Shown here piece after piece: positions 17,090 to 24,586 of a stretch of DNA of 28,868 nucleotides. Source of the stretch: a virus (taxonomy: Duplodnaviria > Caudoviricetes); the IMG/VR virus record IMGVR_UViG_3300025368_000017, positions 1-28,868 of that record. One strand, given 5' to 3'. The position numbers were made by a program, and so were the translations under genes. How positions within the stretch are numbered: position 1 is the stretch's first letter; the number at the start of each line of letters is the position of its first letter. The notes under the pieces were generated by a model that had not been told where the DNA came from, ran no database searches, and saw nothing but the letters and a program-made list of their open reading frames with translations.

Positions 17090-18649
17090 ATGAAAAAACA
17101 AGATGAAGTAAATGAGTTGATGAACAACTATGAACGGGCTGTATTCTTAAAAGGTGATGAAGTTTACCCAAGAGAATCAACCCGTTATTTTTGGGCTAGG
17201 GACAATCTTCTAGGAAACAAAATATTAGAAATTGGTTGTTCTAATGGCTATGGCAGACAGTTTTTGCCAAAAGACATTGAATATACAGGGTTAGATTACG
17301 ACCCTAAAATTATTGAAAACGCCAAAGCACAAGGATGGGATGGTATTAACAAATTTGTTAATGCCGACATCAACACTTATCCACTAGAACAATACGACAC
17401 CATTATTGCTTTTGAGGTTATAGAGCATTTAGACAATGGCCTAGAAATTGCCGAAAAACTCAAAAAGCATTGCAAACGGCTATTAATTACTTGCCCGTGG
17501 AATGAACCAAAAGGGTTTTGGGGCGAACATCACAAAATTCACGGTATAAACGAAAGCCATTTTAAAGGTTTTGATATTTCCTACATAGGCGAACACGGAA
17601 ATATATCCAGATACCCTAAAGCAATTAACGAATTCAATCGATTTAATTTAATGATAGCTAAATACGATTCTGTCCCACAGAAAAAAGGCGTTTTATGTTC
17701 TGTGGCTACACGGGGCAGATACTTTACTACCCTTCCATTAGTGTTAAACGCCATTATTAATCAAACGGTATTGCCAGATAAGCTGGTGATATTTGATGAT
17801 AACGATGAACCGTTAGATATGCGAAAAGAAATGATTTATCAATATTTCTTTCAAATGTTAGACATTAAGGGCGTGGAATGGGAGTGGTTGTTTGCAGAAA
17901 AGAAGGGCCAGCACCATATACATCAAGCGGCTAATACGATGAGCTATGAATGGGTTTGGCGGGTTGATGATGATGCCATCCCAGAACCCCATGTATTAGA
18001 AGAATTATCATCACACATTGCAAATAATGTTGGCGCAATTGGTGGCGAAATTCTTACTCCACCTTTACAAATTGATTGTTCCCAATCAACTGGTAGGGTA
18101 GAAAATATAGATAAAGAACCCAATATACAATGGGATCGTATACAAGCCGTGCAACAAGTTCAACATTTGCATTGTTCATTTTTATACCGTGCTGGTGTTT
18201 ATGATTATAACTTAGGGTTATCCCGTGTAGCCCATCGGGAAGAAACACTATTTACATACGGTTTGTATCTTAACGGCTACAAAATTTTAGTTGTGCCATA
18301 TGCAACAACTTGGCATTTAAAGAATCCGCAAGGCGGCATCCGTAGCGAAACTAAAGAGGAAATGTACCAACATGATGAAACTATTTTCAGAAATATTATT
18401 GGGCTGGGTGATTGCACCCCTGTGGTTCTTAATTGCGGTGCTGGCGATCACATTGTATGTAAGCGTGTTATATCTCAGATACGCAATCCTATGGTGTTTA
18501 GTTGTTATCCTGAAATAGTGCCAGGCAGACCGATTGCGGAAGCCCAAGCCATGTTTGGCGATATAGACCAATGGAATATATACAAAAAAATGGCGCAATG
18601 GAATTGGACTGGCAGTTTAGAAGATGCGTATAGGAAGCTGTATTTATGA
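17090..18649 (+). CDS. Fusion: class I SAM methyltransferase + family 2 glycosyltransferase + probable GT9 N-terminal lobe
   Basis: KILEIGCSNGYG, TGLDYD and YDTIIAFEVIEHL (MTase). NAIINQTVLPDKLVIFDD and WVWRVDDDAIPEP with DxD (GT-A). VLNCGAGDHIV resembles the GT9 G(I/L)GD motif. Confidence 0.85.
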   Translation: MKKQDEVNELMNNYERAVFLKGDEVYPRESTRYFWARDNLLGNKILEIGCSNGYGRQFLPKDIEYTGLDYDPKIIENAKAQGWDGINKFVNADINTYPLEQYDTIIAFEVIEHLDNGLEIAEKLKKHCKRLLITCPWNEPKGFWGEHHKIHGINESHFKGFDISYIGEHGNISRYPKAINEFNRFNLMIAKYDSVPQKKGVLCSVATRGRYFTTLPLVLNAIINQTVLPDKLVIFDDNDEPLDMRKEMIYQYFFQMLDIKGVEWEWLFAEKKGQHHIHQAANTMSYEWVWRVDDDAIPEPHVLEELSSHIANNVGAIGGEILTPPLQIDCSQSTGRVENIDKEPNIQWDRIQAVQQVQHLHCSFLYRAGVYDYNLGLSRVAHREETLFTYGLYLNGYKILVVPYATTWHLKNPQGGIRSETKEEMYQHDETIFRNIIGLGDCTPVVLNCGAGDHIVCKRVISQIRNPMVFSCYPEIVPGRPIAEAQAMFGDIDQWNIYKKMAQWNWTGSLEDAYRKLYL

Positions 18650-19077
18650 TTTTAATAGCCCCGTTTGCCAAACCATTGGTTAATGGCAAAAACAATCCCA
18701 AAAACTACCCTTACTGGAAAGAATTAATTGCTCAGATAGATGAACGCATTATTCAAGTTGGCGTTGAGGGCGAAGAACAACTTGTGCCAGAGTTTGTTAA
18801 AAACTTGCCAATCGCCAGACTAAAAGAATTAATAGCCGAATGTCGTACATGGATTGGTTGCGATAGTTTTTTTCAGCATCTTGCATGGGACTGTGGCAAG
18901 CCTGGCGTTGTATTATGGTCGGTATCTGATCCGTTAATATATGGCCATCCAGAAAACATTAATTTGCTGAAAGATCGTAGTTATTTGGCCCCAAATCAAT
19001 TCTTATGGTGGGATTTCACCGAACATAATCCAGATGCTTTTGTAAAGCCCGAAGAAGTGTTAAAATTCATTCTGTAA
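18646..19077 (+). CDS. Glycosyltransferase family 9 (heptosyltransferase-like) C-terminal lobe
   Basis: ILIAPFA..KNYPYWKELI..IIQVG..WIGCDSFFQHLAWDCGKPGVVLW matches the GT9 DSGxxHLAxA..P.V.LF signature. At 143 aa it is only about half of a GT-B fold. Confidence 0.82.
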   Translation: MILIAPFAKPLVNGKNNPKNYPYWKELIAQIDERIIQVGVEGEEQLVPEFVKNLPIARLKELIAECRTWIGCDSFFQHLAWDCGKPGVVLWSVSDPLIYGHPENINLLKDRSYLAPNQFLWWDFTEHNPDAFVKPEEVLKFIL

Positions 19078-19125
19078 TATATCGGACAATATAATATTTT
19101 CATTAACCTTTACTTTGATTTTATT

Positions 19126-19299
19126 ATGCCCGATCAGATGACACCAGACCAAGAAAAAGAAATAATGAAGGAAGCAATTGAGGAATGGTTAGATAAACAA
19201 TTTGCTAAGTTCGGAAAATGGTCATTAGCCACATTACTTGCTGGCGCAATCGTTTGGCTGTTTTACGGTTTTCTTAGTATTCAAGGGTTTCATAAATGA
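19126..19299 (+). CDS. Small single-TM protein (holin/antiholin-like), 57 aa, not in ORF track
   Basis: MPDQMTPDQEKEIMKEAIEEWLDKQFAKFGKWSLATLLAGAIVWLFYGFLSIQGFHK. ATGA overlap with the next gene. Confidence 0.65.
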   Translation: MPDQMTPDQEKEIMKEAIEEWLDKQFAKFGKWSLATLLAGAIVWLFYGFLSIQGFHK

Positions 19300-19520
19300 A
19301 CGCAATATATGAAAAGATTAAAGCCACAATTCGGGGTGCAGTTAAATCCAAAACGATGTGGTTTAGCGGCCTTATTACCGCTTTGGGCGCAGTTTCCGAC
19401 AATTCCCAGTATTTGCGTGGATTGCTTGACGATATTAGTTTTAATACGGTTATGATTGGCATTGGTGTAATTACGGCTTTATTGCGTATTGTTACCACCA
19501 AACCATTAGACGAAAAATAA
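19296..19520 (+). CDS. Putative holin
   Basis: 74 aa with two hydrophobic segments, KSKTMWF..LRIVTTKPL. Lies in the lysis cassette. Confidence 0.65.
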   Translation: MNAIYEKIKATIRGAVKSKTMWFSGLITALGAVSDNSQYLRGLLDDISFNTVMIGIGVITALLRIVTTKPLDEK

Positions 19521-19942
19521 TGTTCCCTTTACCTATAGGTTTTTATGTCAAAGCTGGTTTGGTTGCTTTGGTACTTTTTGGCTCTGGTTTTATCGGTTAT
19601 CGTATTGGTCATAACGGCTTGGTGGAATATCAAGCCGCAGAACTTAAACAAAAAGCCGATTGGGAACAAAAAGTAGCAAATCAACAAGCCGAACAAACAC
19701 AGAAAGCCCAAAATGAAAAAGATGCCCTTGAAACTCATTATCAGTTACTTCTTAGTCAGTACCGTTCTATTGGCTTGCACAGCCGCACCACAAGTGGCAG
19801 TACCGCCACCCTTGCCGTATCAAACGAAGAATTCAGATTATCTGAGCCAAATGTCGAATTTCTTATCAACTTTGCCAAGCAATGTTCAGCAACAGAAATA
19901 GAACGAAACGATGTCATCGAGAAATATAACGATTTAAGATGA
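19520..19942 (+). CDS. Rz: i-spanin (Rz-like)
   Basis: N-terminal TM segment, Gln/Lys/Ala coiled coil, C-terminal Cys. Contains an embedded lipoprotein ORF. Confidence 0.8.
   Translation: MFPLPIGFYVKAGLVALVLFGSGFIGYRIGHNGLVEYQAAELKQKADWEQKVANQQAEQTQKAQNEKDALETHYQLLLSQYRSIGLHSRTTSGSTATLAVSNEEFRLSEPNVEFLINFAKQCSATEIERNDVIEKYNDLR
19713..19901 (+). CDS. Rz1: o-spanin lipoprotein (Rz1-like), fully embedded in the +1 frame of Rz
   Basis: MKK + hydrophobic stretch + lipobox LLAC + Pro-rich PQVAVPPPLP. Confidence 0.8.
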   Translation: MKKMPLKLIISYFLVSTVLLACTAAPQVAVPPPLPYQTKNSDYLSQMSNFLSTLPSNVQQQK

Positions 19943-20463
19943 CTGGCAACTTTAAGAATTGTCTGGCTTTATTGTTAAAGTCAGAAGGCGGGTTTACTTC
20001 CAGCCTGGGTGATGGTGAAAAGTGGACAAATATGGGTGTTACTAACACCACATGGTCAGAATGGACTGGACACGAAGCAACTGAAAAGGAAATGCGAAAT
20101 CTAACCATTGACCAGATTAGCCCACTATATGAACAACGATACTGGCGATCAACTTATTGCGAGGTACTCCCCAGAGGATTGGACTTTTTGGTATTCTCAA
20201 TGGGGGTCAATGCTGGCCCAGGCAGAGCAATTAAATTGCTTGAACAATCCGTTGGTGCAGTCGCAACTGGAATTCTTGGCCCACGAATTACTAATCAGAT
20301 TGCCCATTCAGATGTTGGACAGCTTATCGGGCAATACTCAAAACAAAGAAGTGAATACTATATTAGCCTACATCGGCCACAGTTTATCGATGGCTGGCTC
20401 AAAAGAGTAGAAAACGAAAAAGCCGAAGCCCTCAAAATGGCTGGGTTAAATCCACAAAATTAA
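19939..20463 (+). CDS. Endolysin, glycoside hydrolase family 108 with C-terminal peptidoglycan-binding domain
   Basis: LLKSEGGF..TNMGVT..YEQRYW..LPRGLDFLVFSMGVNAGPGRAIKLL..FIDGWLKRV. Confidence 0.9.
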   Translation: MTGNFKNCLALLLKSEGGFTSSLGDGEKWTNMGVTNTTWSEWTGHEATEKEMRNLTIDQISPLYEQRYWRSTYCEVLPRGLDFLVFSMGVNAGPGRAIKLLEQSVGAVATGILGPRITNQIAHSDVGQLIGQYSKQRSEYYISLHRPQFIDGWLKRVENEKAEALKMAGLNPQN

Positions 20464-20878
20464 AATGTCCAATATCGACATCGTAGAACCACTCATCTTC
20501 TTTGACCGCCCTATTTTTGACTTCTATCAATGGGCTAGTTTCCACAATCTCTGTTTTCACCCAATACGCATTGACTAACGGGGTTGTGCAAACAAATAAC
20601 AAAGTCGGCAATTTATTAGCAAATAGTTTCTTTTTGCGGTGAGCTACATGAATTGTAGGATATGGGCAGTATGGCGCACCAACTCCCCAATCCCGCTGTT
20701 CAACTTCCACATATGCAACTGGGCGGCCATTTTTATATAACACCAAATCTACGCCATATTTATCAGGATTATCTATGGCTTCTAATCCCCAAAAAACCTT
20801 AATCCATTTGGTAACCGCTTCCCGTGCTGGCGGGTCGCATTTATCAAACATTTCCTTGTTAAATGGTTTATACGCCAA
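20432..20878 (-). CDS. PD-(D/E)XK-like nuclease-fold protein
   Basis: YGVDLVLYKNGRPVAYVEVEQR motif. Start is probably TTG 20878 (the track extends to 20914). Confidence 0.55.
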   Translation of the reverse strand: MAYKPFNKEMFDKCDPPAREAVTKWIKVFWGLEAIDNPDKYGVDLVLYKNGRPVAYVEVEQRDWGVGAPYCPYPTIHVAHRKKKLFANKLPTLLFVCTTPLVNAYWVKTEIVETSPLIEVKNRAVKEDEWFYDVDIGHFNFVDLTQPF

Positions 20879-21071
20879 GATACACCCAAAATCCGTAGCC
20901 GAATACACCAACAAACAATAAAGCCACTAAAAAGCCAATTAAACCGCCATGATCGGGTTCTTTGGGATAAGTAATAGCAGAACAGTAATAAGCATCTTTG
21001 ATAGCTTCTGATAGCGTATTGGGGCTTTTAAGATACCGCTGATAATTGTTTACAAAATGTGCGTAACTCAT
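20868..21071 (-). CDS. Hypothetical protein with C-terminal TM helix
   Basis: ATGA-coupled small ORF with hydrophobic LIGFLVALLFVGVFGYGFWVYLGV. Confidence 0.7.
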   Translation of the reverse strand: MSYAHFVNNYQRYLKSPNTLSEAIKDAYYCSAITYPKEPDHGGLIGFLVALLFVGVFGYGFWVYLGV

Positions 21072-21313
21072 TTTTCTTGTGCCTTTCTTAGTATTGCTCT
21101 AGCAAAATTAATAGGGTCTAAATCAGGGTTATGCCAAGCAGTAGCGCCAACTAAAGATTGATTTGCAATTTCTAATATTTCATCATTTGTTAGTGTTTTT
21201 GCTGGATGGGTATAAAGTGGAATACCTTTACCAGCATGAACTTCAATCCATTCACCATCAAAATCTTGTTTTACCCATATAAATGGTTCATTGTTCACTT
21301 GTTTTTGCTCCAT
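21068..21313 (-). CDS. Hypothetical phage protein
   Basis: IPLYTHPAKTLTNDEI..FARAILRKA motif typical of small early proteins of proteobacterial phages. Confidence 0.75.
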   Translation of the reverse strand: MEQKQVNNEPFIWVKQDFDGEWIEVHAGKGIPLYTHPAKTLTNDEILEIANQSLVGATAWHNPDLDPINFARAILRKAQEK

Positions 21314-21477
21314 CCGTTACATTTGGCCAAAAATTCAATGGCACGATCAAACTGTTCTTGCATATACTCAAGGTCATCCGCTTGTTTGCGTAACATCGTG
21401 GCGGCTTGTTGAATAATATCGCCAGGACAGTAATCAATTATTTGATCTAATTGTTGTGCTAACTCTTGTGGTGTCAT
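21295..21477 (-). CDS. Hypothetical protein
   Basis: Coupled small ORF with RBS AAGGA. Confidence 0.7.
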   Translation of the reverse strand: MTPQELAQQLDQIIDYCPGDIIQQAATMLRKQADDLEYMQEQFDRAIEFLAKCNGWSKNK

Positions 21478-21659
21478 ATGTTTTCCTTATAAGTTATCGT
21501 TGATTCAATTTCTTGATTTTCTACATCAATATTAACTGTCCAACTTCCATCTTTTTCTGGAATGGGCGTGTTAAATATCCTATCCCAGTTTTTATCAAAT
21601 TCTTCTTGATTCAATATTGGGCGTGGCGCATCACCCTTGCCGCCATCCCTAGTTGTCAT
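21474..21659 (-). CDS. Hypothetical protein (GGKGDAPRP motif)
   Basis: ATGA overlaps at both ends. Confidence 0.7.
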   Translation of the reverse strand: MTTRDGGKGDAPRPILNQEEFDKNWDRIFNTPIPEKDGSWTVNIDVENQEIESTITYKENI

Positions 21660-21769
21660 TTGTTTATTTTCTTAACAAACGCACCTAATTCAAGAATTGC
21701 CCAAATGCCCCACCACCACCAAGCGGCATCACCGTAATACAAGAAAAATGCTGTTAATAATCCAATCAT
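21656..21769 (-). CDS. 37-aa Trp-rich membrane peptide, not in ORF track
   Basis: MIGLLTAFFLYYGDAAWWWWGIWAILELGAFVKKINK. RBS GGGGG and ATGA overlaps at both ends. Confidence 0.65.
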   Translation of the reverse strand: MIGLLTAFFLYYGDAAWWWWGIWAILELGAFVKKINK

Positions 21770-21918
21770 CTTGACCCCCAAATTTGAATTTCCAATTGTT
21801 CAACTTGTTGCATTAACCATTTATTCTTAGACTGCAAAAACTCAATTTTTTCTTTTAACTGCTTAATCAAATCATCTTTTTCAGCTTCAATGCGATCTTC
21901 TGTGGTAAATGTTGTCAT
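21766..21918 (-). CDS. 50-aa coiled-coil protein, not in ORF track
   Basis: MTTFTTEDRIEAEKDDLIKQLKEKIEFLQSKNKWLMQQVEQLEIQIWGSR. RBS AAGGA and ATGA overlaps. Confidence 0.7.
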   Translation of the reverse strand: MTTFTTEDRIEAEKDDLIKQLKEKIEFLQSKNKWLMQQVEQLEIQIWGSR

Positions 21919-22130
21919 TTTGAATCCTTAAATTTCAAAATTGGTTTGGTTAATGCTTCTGTAATGTATTGCACATACTGTTTCAACTCATCTATGGTTT
22001 CACCGCCAACTGAAGCTGGGCAATGCCCCATTGGTTTGCCCATTGCATCGTAATATACTTCCCTGGCTTCAATGTATGGTTGATCTGGATATTCTTCATC
22101 CACCATATGCACCAACCTAACATTCCACAT
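21915..22130 (-). CDS. Hypothetical protein
   Basis: MWNVRLV..EVYYD..GKP..GETIDEL..ALTKPIL. Part of the tightly coupled operon. Confidence 0.75.
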   Translation of the reverse strand: MWNVRLVHMVDEEYPDQPYIEAREVYYDAMGKPMGHCPASVGGETIDELKQYVQYITEALTKPILKFKDSK

Positions 22131-22356
22131 TGCTTGGCCCTTTCAATGAATTTCCCAACGCTATATCGTCTTTATTAAAAATTTCGTTATACAACACATA
22201 TGTTGGGTTTCTAGGCGCATCGGGATTAAATTTGCCCCGCACAATAAACCCTAAAAACACACGACAAGCCATCAATTGTTCTTCACAACGAAACCGCAAA
22301 TGGCAATTGTCGCATGGGGAAGTTTCCCATTTCAATTCATCGTAATGTCTGGCCAT
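22117..22356 (-). CDS. Small Cys-rich (CxxC-x5-C-x6-C) putative metal-binding protein
   Basis: PCDNCHLRFRCEEQLMAC. Start revised to ATG 22356 (TAATG coupling). Confidence 0.65.
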   Translation of the reverse strand: MARHYDELKWETSPCDNCHLRFRCEEQLMACRVFLGFIVRGKFNPDAPRNPTYVLYNEIFNKDDIALGNSLKGPSNVEC

Positions 22357-22445
22357 TAAATATGACCCCAGCGTAGGTATAAAGTTAAAAATACCGTAGC
22401 CACGATCACTATTGCCATTAAACCGCCTTGAATAAACTCTTTCAT
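22356..22445 (-). CDS. 29-aa single-TM peptide, not in ORF track
   Basis: MKEFIQGGLMAIVIVATVFLTLYLRWGHI. RBS GGGGGA and TAATG coupling. Confidence 0.6.
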   Translation of the reverse strand: MKEFIQGGLMAIVIVATVFLTLYLRWGHI

Positions 22446-22456
22446 TTGATTCCCCC

Positions 22457-22479
22457 AAAAAAGATGCCCCCGTAGGGGC
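22457..22479 (-). terminator. Rho-independent terminator
   Basis: Minus strand reads GCCCC-TACG-GGGGC-ATC-TTTTTT, with a C(UACG)G tetraloop, just after the stop at 22486. Confidence 0.8.
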
Positions 22480-22485
22480 GGTTAG

Positions 22486-22644
22486 TTAAATTGATTGAAT
22501 TTTGTAATAGTTTGGATTTTTTCTGGCAAGAATAAAATATGCTTGCTTAATAGTTAATGGAACACTCCAAACTTTCCATTCGTTGATGTAGTCATCAAAT
22601 TTCATTACTACAAATTCTTTTTTGCCTTGTCCAATTTGTTTCAT
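22486..22644 (-). CDS. 52-aa moron-like hypothetical protein, not in ORF track
   Basis: MKQIGQGKKEFVVMKFDDYINEWKVWSVPLTIKQAYFILARKNPNYYKIQSI. Strong RBS AAGGAG, with its own promoter and terminator. Confidence 0.75.
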   Translation of the reverse strand: MKQIGQGKKEFVVMKFDDYINEWKVWSVPLTIKQAYFILARKNPNYYKIQSI

Positions 22645-22688
22645 TTTTACTACTCCTTTTTAATACCATCCCCCGATGGAATGATTCC

Positions 22689-22729
22689 ATTTTAGGCATA
22701 TTTTGAGAAGTATTATTGATCTAGGTCAA
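22689..22729 (-). promoter_or_regulatory. Putative class II FNR/CRP-family-dependent promoter
   Basis: TTGATCTAGGTCAA (22716-22729) is one mismatch from TTGAT-N4-ATCAA. -10 TAAAAT at 22694-22689 puts the box centre near -41. Confidence 0.55.
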
Positions 22730-22780
22730 GAAAATGAAAAATAATTGAATAAATTGTGTAATTTATGCAACATAAAAGGG

Positions 22781-22866
22781 TGGCCTACTCGTTTCTTTAC
22801 ACTTTCGGCCATATGAGGTGGTGGGACTATCCCGTGAAGGATCGGGGGAATCCAGACAGCCCCACC
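22781..22866 (-). ncRNA. Two-hairpin structured RNA element downstream of the exonuclease gene
   Basis: Stem GGTGGGGCTGTC/GATAGTCCCACC with inner GGATT-CCCCC-GATCC. Second stem TGGCC/GGCCA flanking GAA/AGUA. G-U pairs favour the minus strand. Confidence 0.55.
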
Positions 22867-22870
22867 GAAG

Positions 22871-23638
22871 TTAAAGTTTGTTGCGAATCTTAAAAAACTG
22901 CAACAAATGGGTAAAGCAATCCCATGCGGAACTTAATTCTGCCTGGGGTATTTCTATAAGTTTAACCTGATTTGTTAGCGCATTTACATATATGATGGCG
23001 CAATCTGCATCGGGTATACCAAGACCATTGCGATAACTGGCCAATTGCATGGCGTGTTCAAATGTATGCTTAATATCGGTTAAATCTTTTTCGGTTGTTT
23101 TAACATCACAAACCGCACCAGGAAAGCCTGTTATATCATCAGCAACCGCTGATAAATCCACTTTGCCACCAAAGCCCAATGGCGAACCAAAACTGCGTTC
23201 AGAATTAAATTTAATGTTGCCAAAACGGGCTTTCAGGGCTTTATCTACTTCATGGCAATATGCTGGCACTTCTGGAAGATAAACGCCTTCCATAAACGAT
23301 TCTATGATGCCGTGGATGTATGTTCCCCGTTCAGCGGCCTGTTTCCCAGTTTCTCTGGAATCTTGCATTACACGGGTAAGCCAATCTGATTCAGATTCGT
23401 TTTCTTGTTTAGGCAAGGTTAAAGCGGCAAGTAATACATTTTGCTGTTTCCAGATTTCCAATCCTGGTTTAGCAATTTGACTAATTACCGTTGTGGTGGA
23501 AACAAGTAGGCCCATTTCCCTGGCATCACGAACCGTAGTATTGCGTTCTTTGCCGTTTTTTCCAATTATGCGATAGGCTGGCGTTCCATCGATCTGATAC
23601 CAATGGCCAGATTCCGCATCATGCGTTTTTACTAGCAT
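22871..23638 (-). CDS. PD-(D/E)XK exonuclease (lambda exo / Cas4-like recombination nuclease)
   Basis: AAERGTYIHGIIE..SE..GFGGKVDL..CDVKT..MQLASY. Shares an operon with ERF and SSB. Confidence 0.85.
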   Translation of the reverse strand: MLVKTHDAESGHWYQIDGTPAYRIIGKNGKERNTTVRDAREMGLLVSTTTVISQIAKPGLEIWKQQNVLLAALTLPKQENESESDWLTRVMQDSRETGKQAAERGTYIHGIIESFMEGVYLPEVPAYCHEVDKALKARFGNIKFNSERSFGSPLGFGGKVDLSAVADDITGFPGAVCDVKTTEKDLTDIKHTFEHAMQLASYRNGLGIPDADCAIIYVNALTNQVKLIEIPQAELSSAWDCFTHLLQFFKIRNKL

Positions 23639-23656
23639 CTTTCCCCCGAATTAAAA

Positions 23657-23857
23657 TTAAGATTGCATTGAAAGTATTTCGTTACGCAAGATTGGATCGC
23701 TAACACGATCCGCACAAGCGGATATAGCCGTGTTAATGACGCTAATCAATCCTTCTCTTGTCATGGCAATGAGTTGTTTTTCCTCATCAACGCCATATTC
23801 ATAGTTAAACTTAACTTCAGTTTGCTGGTTAATTACATCATTAATTTGGCTAATCAT
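23657..23857 (-). CDS. Hypothetical protein
   Basis: 66-aa ORF with RBS AGGGGA between the SSB and exonuclease genes. Confidence 0.7.
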   Translation of the reverse strand: MISQINDVINQQTEVKFNYEYGVDEEKQLIAMTREGLISVINTAISACADRVSDPILRNEILSMQS

Positions 23858-23868
23858 TTTGTCCCCTT

Positions 23869-24126
23869 TCAGAACGGTAAATCGTCATCCACTATTGATG
23901 GTTTTGGTAGTTCATCACTACCAGCTTCTTTAAAGCCAATTGGTTGCTTTACTTCGCCAACTGATACCGAAATAAATTTACCCTTTTGGCCCTCTTTCAC
24001 CCAAGCTGAAAGCCAATGTTCATGGCCGTTCAACTTGATTGAACCCGTGTAATCTGGCGATGTGTCTTTAGTCTTTTTCAAATTCTTAAACAAATTGCCG
24101 TTATTTTCTTTTAATTCAAAAGCCAT
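23869..24126 (-). CDS. Short single-stranded DNA-binding-like protein
   Basis: [20 protein letters not shown]-like core and an acidic DDDLPF tail. Adjacent to ERF. Confidence 0.75.
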   Translation of the reverse strand: MAFELKENNGNLFKNLKKTKDTSPDYTGSIKLNGHEHWLSAWVKEGQKGKFISVSVGEVKQPIGFKEAGSDELPKPSIVDDDLPF

Positions 24127-24136
24127 GTTTTATCCT

Positions 24137-24586
24137 TTATTCAATTTCGTTAATCGTAATGCGTTTGTTTGCAACTGGAACAGATGCGGCATTACCATCG
24201 TCATCTGATCCATCAGCGTATATAGCAAGCACCGCTGAAAGTGCATACCTTCTCATGTAAGTTAAACATGAACCCGCACCCTGGGGATCGGCTTTAGTTA
24301 AAGGCATTGACATAGATTGCTTGATCCATTCGCCAGAACTATGACTAAGAACCGTTGTCAATGTCATGTGCATGAGTTCATTATCCGCAAAGCATTGGCC
24401 AGGGAATTGCATAATTGCAAGTTCGTGTTCTGCCAATAAACTGCGGCAACTATCCAGCACAGAGCCAAGATCGGCATAGGTACTTTTAAAAAACGGATTT
24501 TTACTATCTTTTTTAGCATGAGTAAGTTTCCCCTGAACTTTTGATAACGCTAATGCCAGTTGGCCAATGTTTTCACTTTGATCCAT
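24137..24586 (-). CDS. erf: ERF-family single-strand annealing recombinase
   Basis: KDSKNPFFKSTYADL..LSHSSGEWI..PQGAGSCLTYMRRYAL..DDDGN. Start revised to ATG 24586 behind RBS GGGGGA. Confidence 0.92.
   Translation of the reverse strand: MDQSENIGQLALALSKVQGKLTHAKKDSKNPFFKSTYADLGSVLDSCRSLLAEHELAIMQFPGQCFADNELMHMTLTTVLSHSSGEWIKQSMSMPLTKADPQGAGSCLTYMRRYALSAVLAIYADGSDDDGNAASVPVANKRITINEIE

Noticed and set aside
22754-22772. Imperfect palindrome TGTGTAATTTATGCAACA upstream of the FNR-like box
   Set aside because: Too degenerate to assign to a regulator, and I found no second copy.
22871-23638. Cas4 as part of a CRISPR system
   Set aside because: No Fe-S cysteine cluster pattern, array or other cas genes. 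The ERF/SSB context indicates a recombination exonuclease.
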